This document shows, piece by piece, positions 16,339-39,791 of a stretch of 64,000 bases of DNA. The notes below the pieces were generated by a model. That model did not search any database. It was not told the DNA's origin and saw only the letters and a list, made by a program, of their open reading frames with translations. The DNA is from the human T2T-CHM13v2.0 reference genome, Homo sapiens. Position 1 is the stretch's first letter, and each line of letters opens with the position of its first letter. The stretch lies in the NCBI RefSeq assembly GCF_009914755.1, contig NC_060933.1. The stretch is one strand, 5' to 3'. A program made the position numbers and the translations under genes.

Positions 16339-17007
16339 ACTCCGTCTCAAAAACAAAATAAAAAATAAATAAATAAATAATAAAAATAAAAATTCTAACA
16401 CCAGAAGAAACAGCAACTAAAATAAGAAAATCAATCGGAAAAATAGCTGTCAGATGATAACCTGGAGAAGCTGAGCAGATGACAACATGAAACAGAATGG
16501 GCTTATTGTAAGACTGCCCAGGCAAATTTTATTACAATAGAGTTTTTGAAATCAAGAGAGAGAAAATAAATGTGTTGAAAGCCAGCTGTCTATACTGCAC
16601 AGTACACTTAACATCTTGTGGGTATGAAATAACACTTGAGTTTATTTGGAATCATTTTAGAAATACTGTCTAATCTCTCTTTCCCTCAGTTTCCTCCTCT
16701 GTAAAGTGGGATAGTAACACCAGTAGAGGTGTTATCAGAATTAAAGGAGATGTTCATTCATTTATTCAACTAGTAGTGACTTAATTTTGATGTGAATAGT
16801 TGAGGAATTGATTAACCAGTTTAAAGATTTCCCCACCCTTTTGTCTCTCACTTTCCCCCCCTCCTGTCTGGCTTTTGATAACTTCAATCCCTTTCATTTC
16901 CCCGCCTCAGTGTGCAGATAGGGGTATAAAAGGAAAATCAGTCCATTTTGTTTTCTATTTCAGCAGCTTCTGGTTAGAAAGTGCTATTGAACAAATAAGG
17001 GCTTTAA

Positions 17008-17304
<297 letters not shown>

Positions 17305-18656
17305 TGATCTGCCTGCCACGGCCTCCCAAAGTGCTGGGATTACAGGCATAAGCCACTGCGCCCAGCCAACCCTGGGATCCTTTTTACCCAGAATACTGAA
17401 CCAGAATATTTGTTGGTTAAAAAAAAAAACAAAAAACCAAGGTCTTGCTAAAGAGGCAGCAGCTCAACTGACTAGAGCCCAGAGCTGGGGGTGATCTCGC
17501 TGTCCCGTCTGCCTGTTCCAGGAGCTGAATTAAAAGCCTCAGAGCTACCTTTGGCTCTTCAGGCCAGAGATCACCTCAGCCGCCAGCCCAAGCCTAAACC
17601 TGTTAATAAAGATTGATCCCCTACAATGTACCTATATCCCATCTACTCTTCCACTAATCTTACCCATTTACCCTTTTCATATGAAATTGCCATTTCTGTC
17701 AACCAAAAAATGGTTGAATATCTGTAATTTCATATGGTCCATATCTGTCATTATTGGTATGCCCATTTTACAGATGAGGAAACTGAGGCTCCTAAAAAAG
17801 CCCTAGATCTTTTCACTATTGCCTCCTGAGCCACTTGAAGGAAACAGTCCAGCCTGGGAAACACCATTTATAAAGGGAGGCCCCATTCTCACCATGTTAA
17901 CCCCTTAACCACTGGCCCTCAGTCCTGCTCCTTCTTGCTCCTTCCAGCACCTTGTTGGCTTCATGACTTAGTCAAAAGTTGGAAATGAACATTCTGAATT
18001 AACCATTTTTAATCTGTATAAAGATCCACTTCAGGGGTGGGTCATGGTGGCTCACATAATCCTAGCATTTTGGGAGGCCAAGGCAGAAGGATTGCTTGAG
18101 GCTAAGAGTTTAAAAAAATTAGCTGGCCACAGTGGTACATACCTAGATTCCTAGCTACTTGGGAGGCTCAGGTGGGAGGATCGCTTGAGCCCAGGCTACA
18201 GTGAGCTATGATCCTGCCACTGCCTAGGTGACAGACCAAGACCCTGAATCTAAAAAAAAAAAAGAACCACTTCAAAGCCTTCTTATTTTCCTCTTAAAAT
18301 GTTTTCATTGGTACCACAACAATTAATAGTAAAATAATTTTGATCAAAGTTTATTAATGCCATATTTCCCCCACCTAGAATAAAAGTAATTGGATGGTTA
18401 TACTTCATGTGTCCATGTATCTAAATTTGTTTAATTCGCAAATGTGTGTATTCTCTCTCTCTGTTTTTTGGAGGACATTCTGATGGCATCCTGCTCAATG
18501 AACAAAATATGATTATTCTATTACTTGTTAAGAAAATTGTAAGTCTAGAAATCCATGTCAAAGCCCACTGGTCTTTTCTCTGAACTTGTGTAACACTTAT
18601 TGTGTTGAATGAATAAATCTATTCGTTTATTTATGCAACAAACATTTATTAAGCAC

Positions 18657-19071
18657 TGTAATGATCAGTTTATGTGTCTTCTTGGCTAGTCTATGGTGCC
18701 CAGTTGTTTGGTCAAAGGCTTGTCTACATGTTGCCGTCAAGGTATTTTTGACCAAGGTATAACAATTACTATCAGTTGACTTTAAGTTAAGCAGATTATT
18801 TCAATCAAGCTTCATCCCATCAGTTGAACGCTTCAAGGGCAAAGACTGAGGTTCCCTGAAGAAGAAGCAATTCTGTCTCAACAGAAAAATCCTACCTGAC
18901 CTTCCAGGCTGCTGGCTTCCCTGAGATTTTTCAACTCAAGGCTGCAATATTAGCTCATACCAGAATTTCCAGCCTGCAAGTTTCAGACTTGCCATCCCCC
19001 ACAATGATATGAACCAATTCCTTGAAATTAATCCTAATAGTTCTGTTTCTCTGTAGAACCATAAATAATAT
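18657..19071 (+). mobile_element. MLT2 (ERVL) LTR
   Basis: tgtaatgatcagtttatgtgtc...cccagttgtttggtcaaa...ttctgtttctctgtagaacc...aatata. Confidence 0.75.
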
Positions 19072-20593
19072 AAGCACCCCCTATGTGGTATGCACTATGC
19101 TCATCAATGAGGACCCAGACTGGCCAGGTGCAGTGGATCACATCTGTAATTTCAGCACTTAGGGAGGCTGAGGTGGGAGGATCGCCTGAGCCCAGGAGTT
19201 CAAGACCAGCCTGGGAAACATAGTGGGACCCCCATCTCTACAAACAATTAATTAAAAAAAAAAATTAGCCAGGTGTGATGGTGCATGCCTGTGGTTCCAG
19301 CTACTCAGGAGGAGGCTGAGGTGGGAGGATCCCTTAAGCCAAGGAGACCAAGGCTGCAGTGAGCTATGATCGAACCACGGCACTCCAGCCTTGGCTACAG
19401 AGTAAGACCCTGCCTCAAAAATATATATAAGTAAGTAAATAAATATGGACCCAGATAAACCTATTCAGGAGATGACCTCCCTTCAATGCAGAAGGAACAT
19501 GTTAAGAGAGAAATCAGGATACCTCAAGTTAAGGGCTATGAGAGTAAGAAAAAAGTACTTGAGGAAATAAGCAAGGAGGTGGCTAATTCTGCCTGGGGGA
19601 CCAGAGAAGTTATACCTAAAGAGGTGATATTTTATTTGGAACTCAGGGTGAGTAGGCATTCCCAGGGTTGATTAGGGGTAGAAGCCATTATAGGAACCAA
19701 GCCCGGAGCTTTTGTAATTCAAGAACATGTCCTAAGACCTAAATATTGCAGGAGCACATGACAAAACGCTGTAAGACCAGGATGAAAAAGATCAGGACCA
19801 AGTTGTGAAGATTATATTGAAACTGAGATGCCAACAGCTGAAAACTTTTTAGCTAACGTTGGTAGGGAAGTCTAGAATTAAGTGCTAGCTGGGACGTAGA
19901 AAGAAAAGGCAAAATAAACGTCATTTCAACATGGGAGAAAACTCTTCATTTTGTAGATAAAAGAGACTATGTCAAGAGAATGTAGCTCGTCATTCAAAAA
20001 ACATTTAGTGAGTATCCTGGGCCGTGAAATGTTTTAGAGACTGGAAATATAACCATGTATAAGATATAGTCCTTAGGTTCAAGGACCATGTTGTCTAGGG
20101 GCCAGGCAGAAAGTTAATACATGCACCCCACCCACCCAAACCTGGAAAAACAGATTGCATTCCCAACATCATCCATCTCCTTGTAAAGTTTCCTGGTTAT
20201 TTTTAGGAACCTCAGTAGTATCTATTATTCTCTCCATGTTTGGGTCCGGTTCCTGTCAAAGCTGTCTGCTATTGAGGTCTCTGATACCAGGGAAATCTGC
20301 CTGTGGCCAACCCCACTGCTCCCACCCACCTCCACAGGGCACCCACCTTCAATCCAGTGTCCCAGGTGGTGGGTTGACAGACGTATACTATATTTAAAAA
20401 ATCATCAAGCTGTTGTATTAGTTCTCTATGGTAGCTGTGAAATATTGCAGCATTTTAGAATTAAAATGATGAGGCCGGGAGTGGTGGTTGAAGCCTGTAA
20501 TCCCAGCACTTTGGGAGCCCGAGGCGGGTAGATCACCTGAGGTCAGAAGTTCAAGACCAGCCTGGTCAATATGATGAAACCCTGTCTCTACTA

Positions 20594-20728
<135 letters not shown>

Positions 20729-21061
20729 CTAGGCAACAAGAGCAAAACTCCAACTCAAAAAAAAAAAAAAAAGAATTAAAATGATGAATAATAAGTATTG
20801 GCAAGGATATGAGAAATGAGAACACTATTGGTAGGTGACTCCTACGATCATTCTGGGGGCATAATATGGCAGTACTTAATGAAATTTAACAAATGTGTTC
20901 CCCATGTTCCAACAACTTCCTCCTGGTAAAATATACACGAGACATTCTCACATAGATGTGCATGAGGCTACGTGTACAAGGATGTTCACTGCAATGTTTA
21001 TGTGGTAAAGGGAAGTTCAAAATCCTAGGCCTGAGGCAGAAACACCTTCATGCAGCAGTTC

Positions 21062-21139
21062 TTAGGTTGGTGCAAAAGTAATTGCAGTTTTAACAATGAA
21101 GTACTGGTGAAAATTGCAATTACTTTTGCACCAACCTGA
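21062..21139. mobile_element. MADE1 (Hsmar1 MITE)
   Basis: About 80-bp palindrome ttaggttggtgcaaaagtaattgcagtttt...aaaattgcaattacttttgcaccaacctga. Confidence 0.93.
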
Positions 21140-22787
21140 AATAAATGCAACTTGCTTTGATATATAACAATATAGACTTTTTAAAGGTTAGTGCTGAGCT
21201 TTTAAAAAGATAGAAAAGAACGAGATCCCTGGCAAAATACTAATTATGTGAATTTAAAAACATACACACAAAAATACTATGTATTTTATAAGAACACATT
21301 CAAGTTCAAGGTAGATATTAACACGTGAGAATTAGTGTCTACTGGAAGGAGGAGGAAATGGGAGTGCAGAACTAATCAACCAAAGGAGGTATTTCAAAAA
21401 TGAAGTTTAAAAAAAAAAAAAAGGCCCAATTAAGGCGTCTCATGGCTGTAAATCCCAGCGCTTTGGGAGACCAAGGTGGGTGAATTCCTTAAGCCCAGGA
21501 GTTTGAGACTATCCTGGGCAACATGGTGAGACCCCTTTCTCTATTATTTAAAAAAAGAAAAAGAATAAATAAATAAATATCTTTTCATTAGCACATGTAA
21601 CATTCTCCAGAGACCATATTTTAGGCTACAAAACAAGCCTATTGCATTCTTTGTGATCTAAGATAAGGTGTCATTTCTTTAAAATAATTGGTTATATCTA
21701 TAAGATGTTCTTTGTAAGCCTCATGGTAACTACAACACAAAAACCTATAATAGATTCACTAAAAATAGGAAGCAGCAAAGTATACAAATGAAGTTTGTAT
21801 TATATTGTAAAGTTGCAAACAGCAGAAACTGACTCTGGTTGATTTAAACATAAGAGGAAAAAAATTAAAGGCTATTGGGTAGTTCATCAAATCACCTGCA
21901 GAGGCTATGCAGTCAAATCACTATCACAAACCACACCCCAGAATTGGTAGCATAAGGACACCACAGTTGTGGTCTCTGAAGACTGGACTATTAGCACTGC
22001 CTCAACAAAAGAAATGCTCACTTTAGGAGGCTGAGGCAGGCGGATGATTTGAGCCCAGGAGTTCAAGACCAGCCTGGCCAACATGCCATAACTTTGTCTC
22101 TACTAAAAATACAAAAAATTAGCCAGGTCTGGTGGCACACACCTGTAATCCCAGCTACTTGGGAGGCTGAGGCATGAGAATCACTTGACCCCAGGGGGCA
22201 GAGGTTTCAGTGAGCCAAGATCACGCCACTGGACTCCAGCCTGGGTGACAAAGTGAGACTCTGTCTCAAAAAAAGAAGAAGAAAGGAAGAGAAGGGATGA
22301 GAAGGGAAGAGGAAAGGGAAGGGGAAGGGGAAGAGGAAGGGGAGAGAGAAATGCTGCTATCACGTTATTCACTGTCGGAGAGAAGCCAGCTCTCCCCGAT
22401 TCTTTGCATTACCAAGTATGAATTCCATGCCTGGGGCAGGTATATCAGAATGGCCAAGCCTAGGTCATAAGCAGGGCCCTAGTTGCAAAGGAGGCTGGCA
22501 ATGCTGCTCTTTTTAACTTCTATAGTGAGATACAGTTTTTACCTCCCCTAAGACACATGAAGTGGGGAAATCATGGAGCATCAGAAGAAAGTTTTATGCT
22601 GAGCAGTCAAAAGGATAATAAAAGTCCACTAATGAAAGTGTGGCCAAGAGTGGTAACTTCTGCATTGAGATAGAACAGTCCATTGACTTTTCTAACTAGA
22701 AGGCCAACGATAACATTTCTCAGAAGAGTTTCATGAAAAGCTGGGGGTGGGGGTGGGGGTGTGGGAGGAACAGGAAGTAGATAGTAG

Positions 22788-23455
<668 letters not shown>

Positions 23456-24559
23456 AACGGTAAGTTGGAGAATGAATGGAACGTGAAGAGCGAGCTAGTA
23501 ATGAGTATAGACTACTAAGGAGTTTAACTGTGAATGGAAGGTTAAAGGGGTTCATATGTAGAGGAAAATGTAGAATGAAGGAGAGGCTTTGTTTTTAGCC
23601 TGTGAAGAAGGAGCTATCAGAGAAATGTTGCCATGGCTAGAAAGAAAGGGAATGATTTTTAAAAGCAACAACCTAATTAGAGCCCAGGTAGAAGGATTAG
23701 CCTTAGAATGGCTCCTCTAAGAGAGGAGCAAAGCAGCTAGAATGCATGTGGCTGGGAATGTTTTCAAGCTGGGAAGTGGTGGGAAATGAGTGTGCGTGGA
23801 TGGCCTCTATTTTATCTAGGAAATAAATAGCAAGATCATCAACTGAGGGAGGCAGAGTTGGGGGTGAGCTAGAGGCCCTGAGAAATAGTGAAATTTTCTG
23901 CTAAATAGGAGGGGAGCTGACCATGTTCAGGTAAAGGAATTATTGAAAGATGAGTACAGATAAAATGGAAGATTATAAATTTGAAGTGGTTGCAATTTGC
24001 TTAATGGTTGTTTTTCCTTTAGCAGTACTCTGCCGCCAATGTGGAAACAAGAAAGGCCAATACTGGTTTGGCCCCATGGATGTGCAGGGCAGATAGATAC
24101 AGAACTATAAGAAACAAGCAAGAGAGAGTGGTTGAAGTGCTAGTCCATCTGGCTATGGATTATGTAAGGAAGGAAATACGGCCAGGAGGTGTTAGATAGA
24201 GGGATCAAGGTATTTCAAATTTTCTCCGAAACTGAGAGTTAGGAATTGTAGGAAAAAAAGGAATGATAACTGGAAGCATGGGAATTTGTAGTCAGAGTGT
24301 GAATCTTTAGAGTTTTAGGTTTTAGAAGTGAAGCTATTTAGGTCCAAGATGTGATGATTCAAAAGCAATAACCACTCAGGCGCAGTGGCTCATGCCTATA
24401 ATCCCAACACTTTGGGCTGCCAAGGTGAGAAAAGTGCTTGAGCCGGGCGCAGTGGCTCACGCCTGTAATCCCAGCACTTTGGGAGGCTGAGGTGGGTGGA
24501 TCACGATGTCAGGAGTTTGAGACCAGCCTGGCCAACATGGTGAAACCCCGTCTCTACTA

Positions 24560-24820
<261 letters not shown>

Positions 24821-26033
24821 TTAAGTGGGTATAGTGACATGCACTTGTAATCCTAGGTACTCAGCAGGCTGAGGTGAGAGGATCGCTTGGGCCTGCAAGT
24901 TCTAGGCTGCAGTGAACTATGATCAAGCCATTCACTATACTCTACCTTGAGTGACAGAATGAGAAATTGTCTCTAAAAAAGGAAAAAAGAAAAAGCAATA
25001 ACCTTTGATATTAGGTCCAGAGGACAGAAAAAAAAAAATTAGAAAAACCACCTGCAGAGAGATAAACCAACTGTCCCTCTGCTTGGAAGCCTGCAATTAA
25101 GAAGTGTTGCAGTCAGCACAATGAGTCCTGGAGATCCTGCCTCCCATCTGGTAGCCATGGGTGGTACACATGGCCAAAAACAAGGACTCCCTAAGAAGTT
25201 GGTGATAAAGGAAAAATGACTGCCCCAGATAGCTAGATTATATTGTAAGCAAAGAAATAATTGTATCAGAGATAGGCAAAGTTATGGTAAAGAGATGGAT
25301 GGTAAGATTCCCAGGCCAGTAAAGTGTAACCATAACTTGAGGTATCTTTAGGGTTATCACCCCAATAGAATGTGTCTATCAGGTTGCAACTGGGTTTGTA
25401 AATGAAGCATGAAAGAGAGTTAAAGACACAGACATTGACTGTGTGCCTCTAGCATGAGTCAGGGCAGTGAGTCCCTGGCCCATGGACACAGATAGCCTGA
25501 CACAGCCAGATTCCTATTATTTATCATACCCAGATGATATTAGCCATTAAAGTCATCAGTTGATTCTGCTTGTGTTCATTCTATGCTCACCAAGTAAACT
25601 CTTCCTATTAGATTCTGGCTTCCCACATAGGTTTCACAGATAGGACAAGATACATTAATCAGCAACGCAACACCTCTGGGTGACCTAACAATTGAATGTC
25701 AGAAACTAAAAAGCTAAGCATTATCTCCCGGAAAGTGGAGCTCACAAAATACAGCCACCATCTGAAGTTGGATTGGGGTGACAAGCAGTTGTTTCCCAGG
25801 CATTGCCTCTCTGACCCACTGCCCTCCTACAGATCCACCACTGACTTCTGCATGTACTCAACAGTGGCAACAACACTCATGTGATCTTTCTATCTAATCC
25901 AAGAGTACAGACCAATAGTCAAACTAATAAAGTGGGATATTATGGTCATTTGTCATGTGGTGTCATGTTATGTGGTTGCCATATAAGAATAAAAATATTA
26001 TACAACGGCAGGTATATAATAAAAATTATGCTA

Positions 26034-26300
<267 letters not shown>

Positions 26301-27540
26301 CTAGGGCAAAAAAATGGGAAGAAAACATCCTCTGGTCATAAAATGATAAGGAAATGAACAAGTTCATTGCCAACCCAGTATGACAAGGTTGATGATTTAG
26401 TAACAAGGCTAGAGCCAAGTAGGCATGCAATTGAGACCCACTTCCAAGACCTTTGCTGTGCAATTAAGTCTTTCCAGAGCTGTTAATAATTACTCATACA
26501 CTGGAACTATGTAAGCATTATATTGAATAGCCTGCTTCTGGTATGTAATAAAGCAAATTTATTTGCTTCTTTTAAATGTACTCATTGGGGCTTGTTCTTC
26601 CTCTTCCCTCTGGGTAAGCATTATAGCAGGCCCTATGGTTTTTCTAATTATCCATAGTTAACGCAAGGTCTTCCGGTTAATTTTTAACATATCGGCCACA
26701 TGTAATAGTTCAAACTTAGAACTTCATGTGAAGCTGGGTTCTCTCCTCCTATCCTCCCAGCTCTGACTTATTGCCAGATGTTACCAGCTTCTCTCTACCA
26801 CTTAGGGCTTTTATTATTCCACCTCCATCTTGCTAGCTGTGTTTCTAATGTTTTCAGGAAAATTACTAGGGAGTGGGAAAATTATTACTTGCACTATTGT
26901 GGGTAAGTAGTTGGCACTCTTTGGAAGTGCCAGATAATTAAAGCTGTATCTTTCTCTAATGGGTGCATTTGAGAGTGTTTTGGAGACCCCTGATCAGTCA
27001 AGGTCCTAGCAGAAACTACATTTGCCCTAGATGCTTCAAACACAGAGACTCTAATGAAGGCACTGCTTATAGAAGTGTGCACAGAGTTGATGGCATATAG
27101 AAGGGACGGTGTCACATACAGATTCATAGCAGTGAGAAGCCATTACCACCCACATATAAAAGGGCAAGGGAAGGAAACAGTAATACCAGGGCCCAGTGAG
27201 GGCTGAGAGGGGAAGGAGTTGCCTGTAGTCCTGGATGGGTGCAAACACTGCTAAAGACACAATGCTAATGCAGGGAGGGAATGCCTAGACTTCCCTCCAT
27301 TTGCTCTGAGTTTCTGCCAGTGCCTCACACTGGCCAAACCCAACTGGTACCCAGCTAGCAAGGGAGCTCAAGTAATAATGTTGTCAGGAGAAAGCCTCCT
27401 GAGAAGAAAAATGGATCTGGGAGACAAACAGAATAACCCCGGCACACCACCCTCACTGGGGATCTCTCATCTCTACTTCCCCTGATAGAAGCAAGTGCAT
27501 CTCCATTATGCTTACTGTTTCTTCACTTTCTGGGAATTAA

Positions 27541-27873
<333 letters not shown>

Positions 27874-28165
27874 TAATGTTGACAATTTACCTCTGTAGAG
27901 GTCCACAGAAAATATTCACACATCCTTTACATATAACATTTGCTATTTAATGTATTTAGCACCATGTTAGATATAATATTAACTGTTCACTGAGCTACTT
28001 GGAGACAGGCATTGTGGTAGGAGTCCTGCATGCTTTTTTTTTTCAAACCTCACAATGGCACACCAAGGCAGTTATAATTATTGTTAATTAAAGAGAATAA
28101 TTGGCTGGGCGCGGTGGCTCATGCCTGTAATCCAAGCACTTTGGGAGGCTGAGGCAGGTGGATCA

Positions 28166-28468
<303 letters not shown>

Positions 28469-29699
28469 TTATTCAGGCCACAAAACTGCCTTTCGGTACT
28501 AATTTGCCTCTGGGAACAGAGAAAATAATACCTCTTGACATATCGTTTGTTTTTCTTTTTATCACCCTACCTTTTCCTTGAAGCTGATATCAGTATATTT
28601 AGCTTGGACACTGGAAACAACTGAGCCTGTCTCTGAGCTCTGAGATTTCCGCTGGGAATTGCTTTGCGTCAGGCTAGCCAAAGAAACCAAATCCCATGTG
28701 TTCTCCTTAATTGCTGGTTCATACTTTTAGCTCTTTGGTTGTTTTATTTGGAGCCTTTTAATGAACAACTGGTAGGGCTGGGTGTGATGGCTCACACCTG
28801 TAATCCCAGCACTTTGGGAAGCCAAGGTGGGAGGATCGCTTGAGGCCAGTTAGAGACCAATCTGGACAACATAGTGACATCCTATCCCTGCAAATACAAA
28901 ATAATTAGTCAGGCACCTTGGCATGCACCTGTAGTCCCAGCCACTTGGGAGGCTGAGGCAAAAGTTCCATGCTGCAGTGAGCTGTGTTTGTGCCACTGCA
29001 CTCCAGCCTAGGCAACAGAGCTGGACTCTGTCTCTTTAAAAAAGAAAAAAAAAAAAGACTTAATTTAAATACTCCCAAAGTGTATGAGCAACATATGGTA
29101 TAACTATTTTGTTCTGGAAAATTCTGAAATGGTGGCTCTTACCAAGAGACTGATTTCTATTACAAGCTATCTTCTTTTTGGATAAGATCTTTAGTGAAGC
29201 TAAATCTGGGTCCATGTGTTCCATCCTTCAGGAGCCCTTTAGAGCCAACCCAGGACTGAACATAGCCTACGTTTCCACTTAGAAGTATGTTCTCTTGGGG
29301 CTATTCCAGGTGTGGGGGGATACCTGGCAACCCTCTTCTGATACTTTAATTTAACCAAGACATGCTCTGCAAGAGCAAGGCAGTCACCTTGACTGCCAGG
29401 TGTTGATAAATAACCCTCTATTGAAAATTCAGGGAGCACACGCCTATTGTGTAGCCACACCTGTTGATCAGTTCCCAGGTGCCTATCTTCAAGCCTCTTA
29501 CTAGTAAGTATTATAGAGTTTTACTCCAAGTATTATTAAACATAAATGGAAGCTTTCTATAATCATTTATGTTTCTGCCTTTCCCTCCCTCTCTTCCTTT
29601 CTTACGTCCTTCCTTTCTTTCTTTCCTTCCTTTGTAAAAGCTATAAGGTGCTTTATTTAATAAGCAAATGAAAGGTACTCCTTGTAAGGGCAATATATT

Positions 29700-36510
<6,811 letters not shown>

Positions 36511-37082
36511 GCCTTGCAGATCCTTGCCTTACATACACGCATTTCAGCCTCAGCCAAGAAGCCCACAGGAGCTACCCTACAAACATTTCTGGCCCCTTTC
36601 TTCTCCATTCTCCTTCAAGTGCAGAGCCCTCTCAGTGGTTCATTGTCCCACAAATTCCAACTCTCTCAGCAGCTTCAGAAGCCCCTTATTCTCTTCTTGG
36701 GCTCTTTACTGTGCAGTCCAGAGAGCTCCGGCAGATAAACTTGGAGCTCACCTCACTAGTTTCCCTTCTTTAAAGGATTATAGCCCATATCTGTCATCCT
36801 GAGCCTGAAAATAGTTGTTCCATATATTTTGTTTAGATATTTTTAAACTTTATTTTATCTTTTATAAATAGAGACAAGATCTCTCTATGTTGCCCAGGCT
36901 GGCCTCAAATTCTTGACCTCAAGCAATCCTCCTGCCTCAGCCTCCCAAAAAGTGCTGGGATTACAGGCATAAGCCACCAAACTCAGCTAGGACTTTGACA
37001 TACAAAATATATCAATAACAAAAACAAAACCAACTCATAAGGAACAATATAAAGAAGAGTAGAAAGCATAACTCGCTACTAG

Positions 37083-37520
37083 TTGCAGGTTTTTGTAGTT
37101 CCAGTGACTAAATCCCTGTCCGTCATGGTTTTGGGTGATGGATCCCCACCAGGTTACTTAAGGGTGTATGTCCACTCCTTGAGCCCTGAAGGCTGGGCAG
37201 TGAGCCAAGGCCGTGATGACCAGCTGAAAAGAAAGTGTCCCTAAGAACCTAAACATTCCAGAGCATGTCTGGGAACATACCAAAAAAAACAGTCTCGTCG
37301 CACGCAGTAGGCAAAGGGCAAAAAAAAAATAGCTTAAAAGCAGTTTACAGATGGGTGGTAGAGCAGTTCTCCGGAGATGTCCTGCTGCTGCCCAGGAATG
37401 CCCTGTCCGTAAGTCCTAATTAAGAATAACTAGACTTCTCTGGGTCATTCTTTGGTCTCTTGACTCCTTCCCAATTTGAAAGGATGTTCTTCTGTACAGT
37501 CCTGTGTCTTTCCCGTAACA
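37083..37520 (+). mobile_element. ERV solo LTR, subfamily not assigned
   Basis: About 440-bp element ending cccgtaaca, with LTR-like internal sequence (gaaggctgggcagtgagccaagg...agcttaaaagcag). Confidence 0.55.
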
Positions 37521-38423
37521 CACAGGCAGCCATAGAGAGCAATCACTGGGTGAGAAATGGAGTTTGGAGTCAGGCAAATCTGAATTCAAGTCCTACTCTC
37601 AGCATTTGCTCCTTGGATAACTTGGTACAAATAATGTGTATTTTCCCCAGGGTTTAGTTTTATCATCTTGAAAACAGAAATAATAATAGGACCTAATTCC
37701 TAGAATAGTTTAGAAGATTAAATGTACCAGATATATTGCCTGGAACCCGGAAGCACTTGATAAATAATAGTTTCTGCTTTCAATGAATTAGTTTTCATGG
37801 AATCAGTCCTTTTCCTTATTTTGCACCCCTACTACCCACCCTACACAAACAAACAAAATGCCCAACTTACATAAGGGTGTTAGTGTATGTAGCAGACCAA
37901 GTGAGGAAATGGGCAGGATTTAAATCACAGAAACCTAACACCTTAAAATTGAATATTAGACACATCTACTCCTATAAAGGTCTTTCCATTACTTCCAGGA
38001 ACCTTGAGATCTAGCCCACCACTCTGTTGCTGAGCCCTCTCTACCTATTTCTATGCCATCCCTCTACCTTCACAATTCTGTTAATTTCTTGTGCACATAA
38101 GTTTGCCTCACATTCTATCCATAAAGGTCTTTTCAAATACAAAAATTTTTCCCAGAAGGATATTTTTTCTCAGTTGTTGATATAACTTTCTTTCTTACTC
38201 ATTTACATTTGGTTTACATTTTGGAATTCTGAATAAGTACATCATTTGAAAAAAAAAAGGTTTTCATTTCCAAAAATTGGGAGGAGGGTAGTATAAAAAC
38301 TTCTATAGACCAGAGAAGTATAGAAGACAATATGCCAAATTATACTTTAGAAATTATAGGGGCCAGGCACAGTGGTTCACACCTGTAATCCCAGCACTTT
38401 GGGAGGCCGAGACGGGCGGATCA

Positions 38424-38719
<296 letters not shown>

Positions 38720-39389
38720 TCAATTCTGCTTCTTTAAATCTCATATTTTATGTGTAAAAAAAAGCAAAGAAGTAGAGAAGAATGTCAAGGATACTGGCAT
38801 ATTTTTGTGGAGGCTAACAAAATGTGGCAACAGTATGGCATAGATCTGCAGACCAAATTAAAGCTCTCTAAGGCAGAAGTGATCTCTAATTGCCTTAAAG
38901 GCTGTAAAACCAGAGGCAAGGCATTTTTAGAGCAATGGAAGAGCCTAGATGTCATCTGATCAATCCCTCACTTTACAGATGAGATACGAAGCCACCAGCT
39001 AACTAACAGCACAGCTGAGTTAGAGTGGAGGGTTCCTGACTCCAAGTGCATTCTATTGTCCCTGATTGGCTGGCTTGTAGTCACTATCAAGACAGGTACC
39101 ATGGGCCCTGTGTGCATGTGATAAGACTCAAGAGGACCTAGAGGGCGCTGTGATAGGGCAAATGTGATCACTGGAGGCTCAGATAATTTTGTTCATGTTA
39201 CTTTACCTTCCTCTGCTTAAATTAATTTATCTATCAAAAGAGACCTAATCCTGGAAGGAAACTTTAGGTGGTGGGATATATTTATGGCGTAGATTGTGGT
39301 GATGTTTTAACGGGTGTATACTCATCACCAAACTCATTAAATTGTATACATTAAATATGTACATCTTTTTGTGTGTCACTTATACTTCA

Positions 39390-39791
<402 letters not shown>

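Noticed and set aside
16915-16935. TATA-like GGGTATAAAAGG
   Set aside because: Isolated motif with no CpG island, PSE or downstream gene evident.
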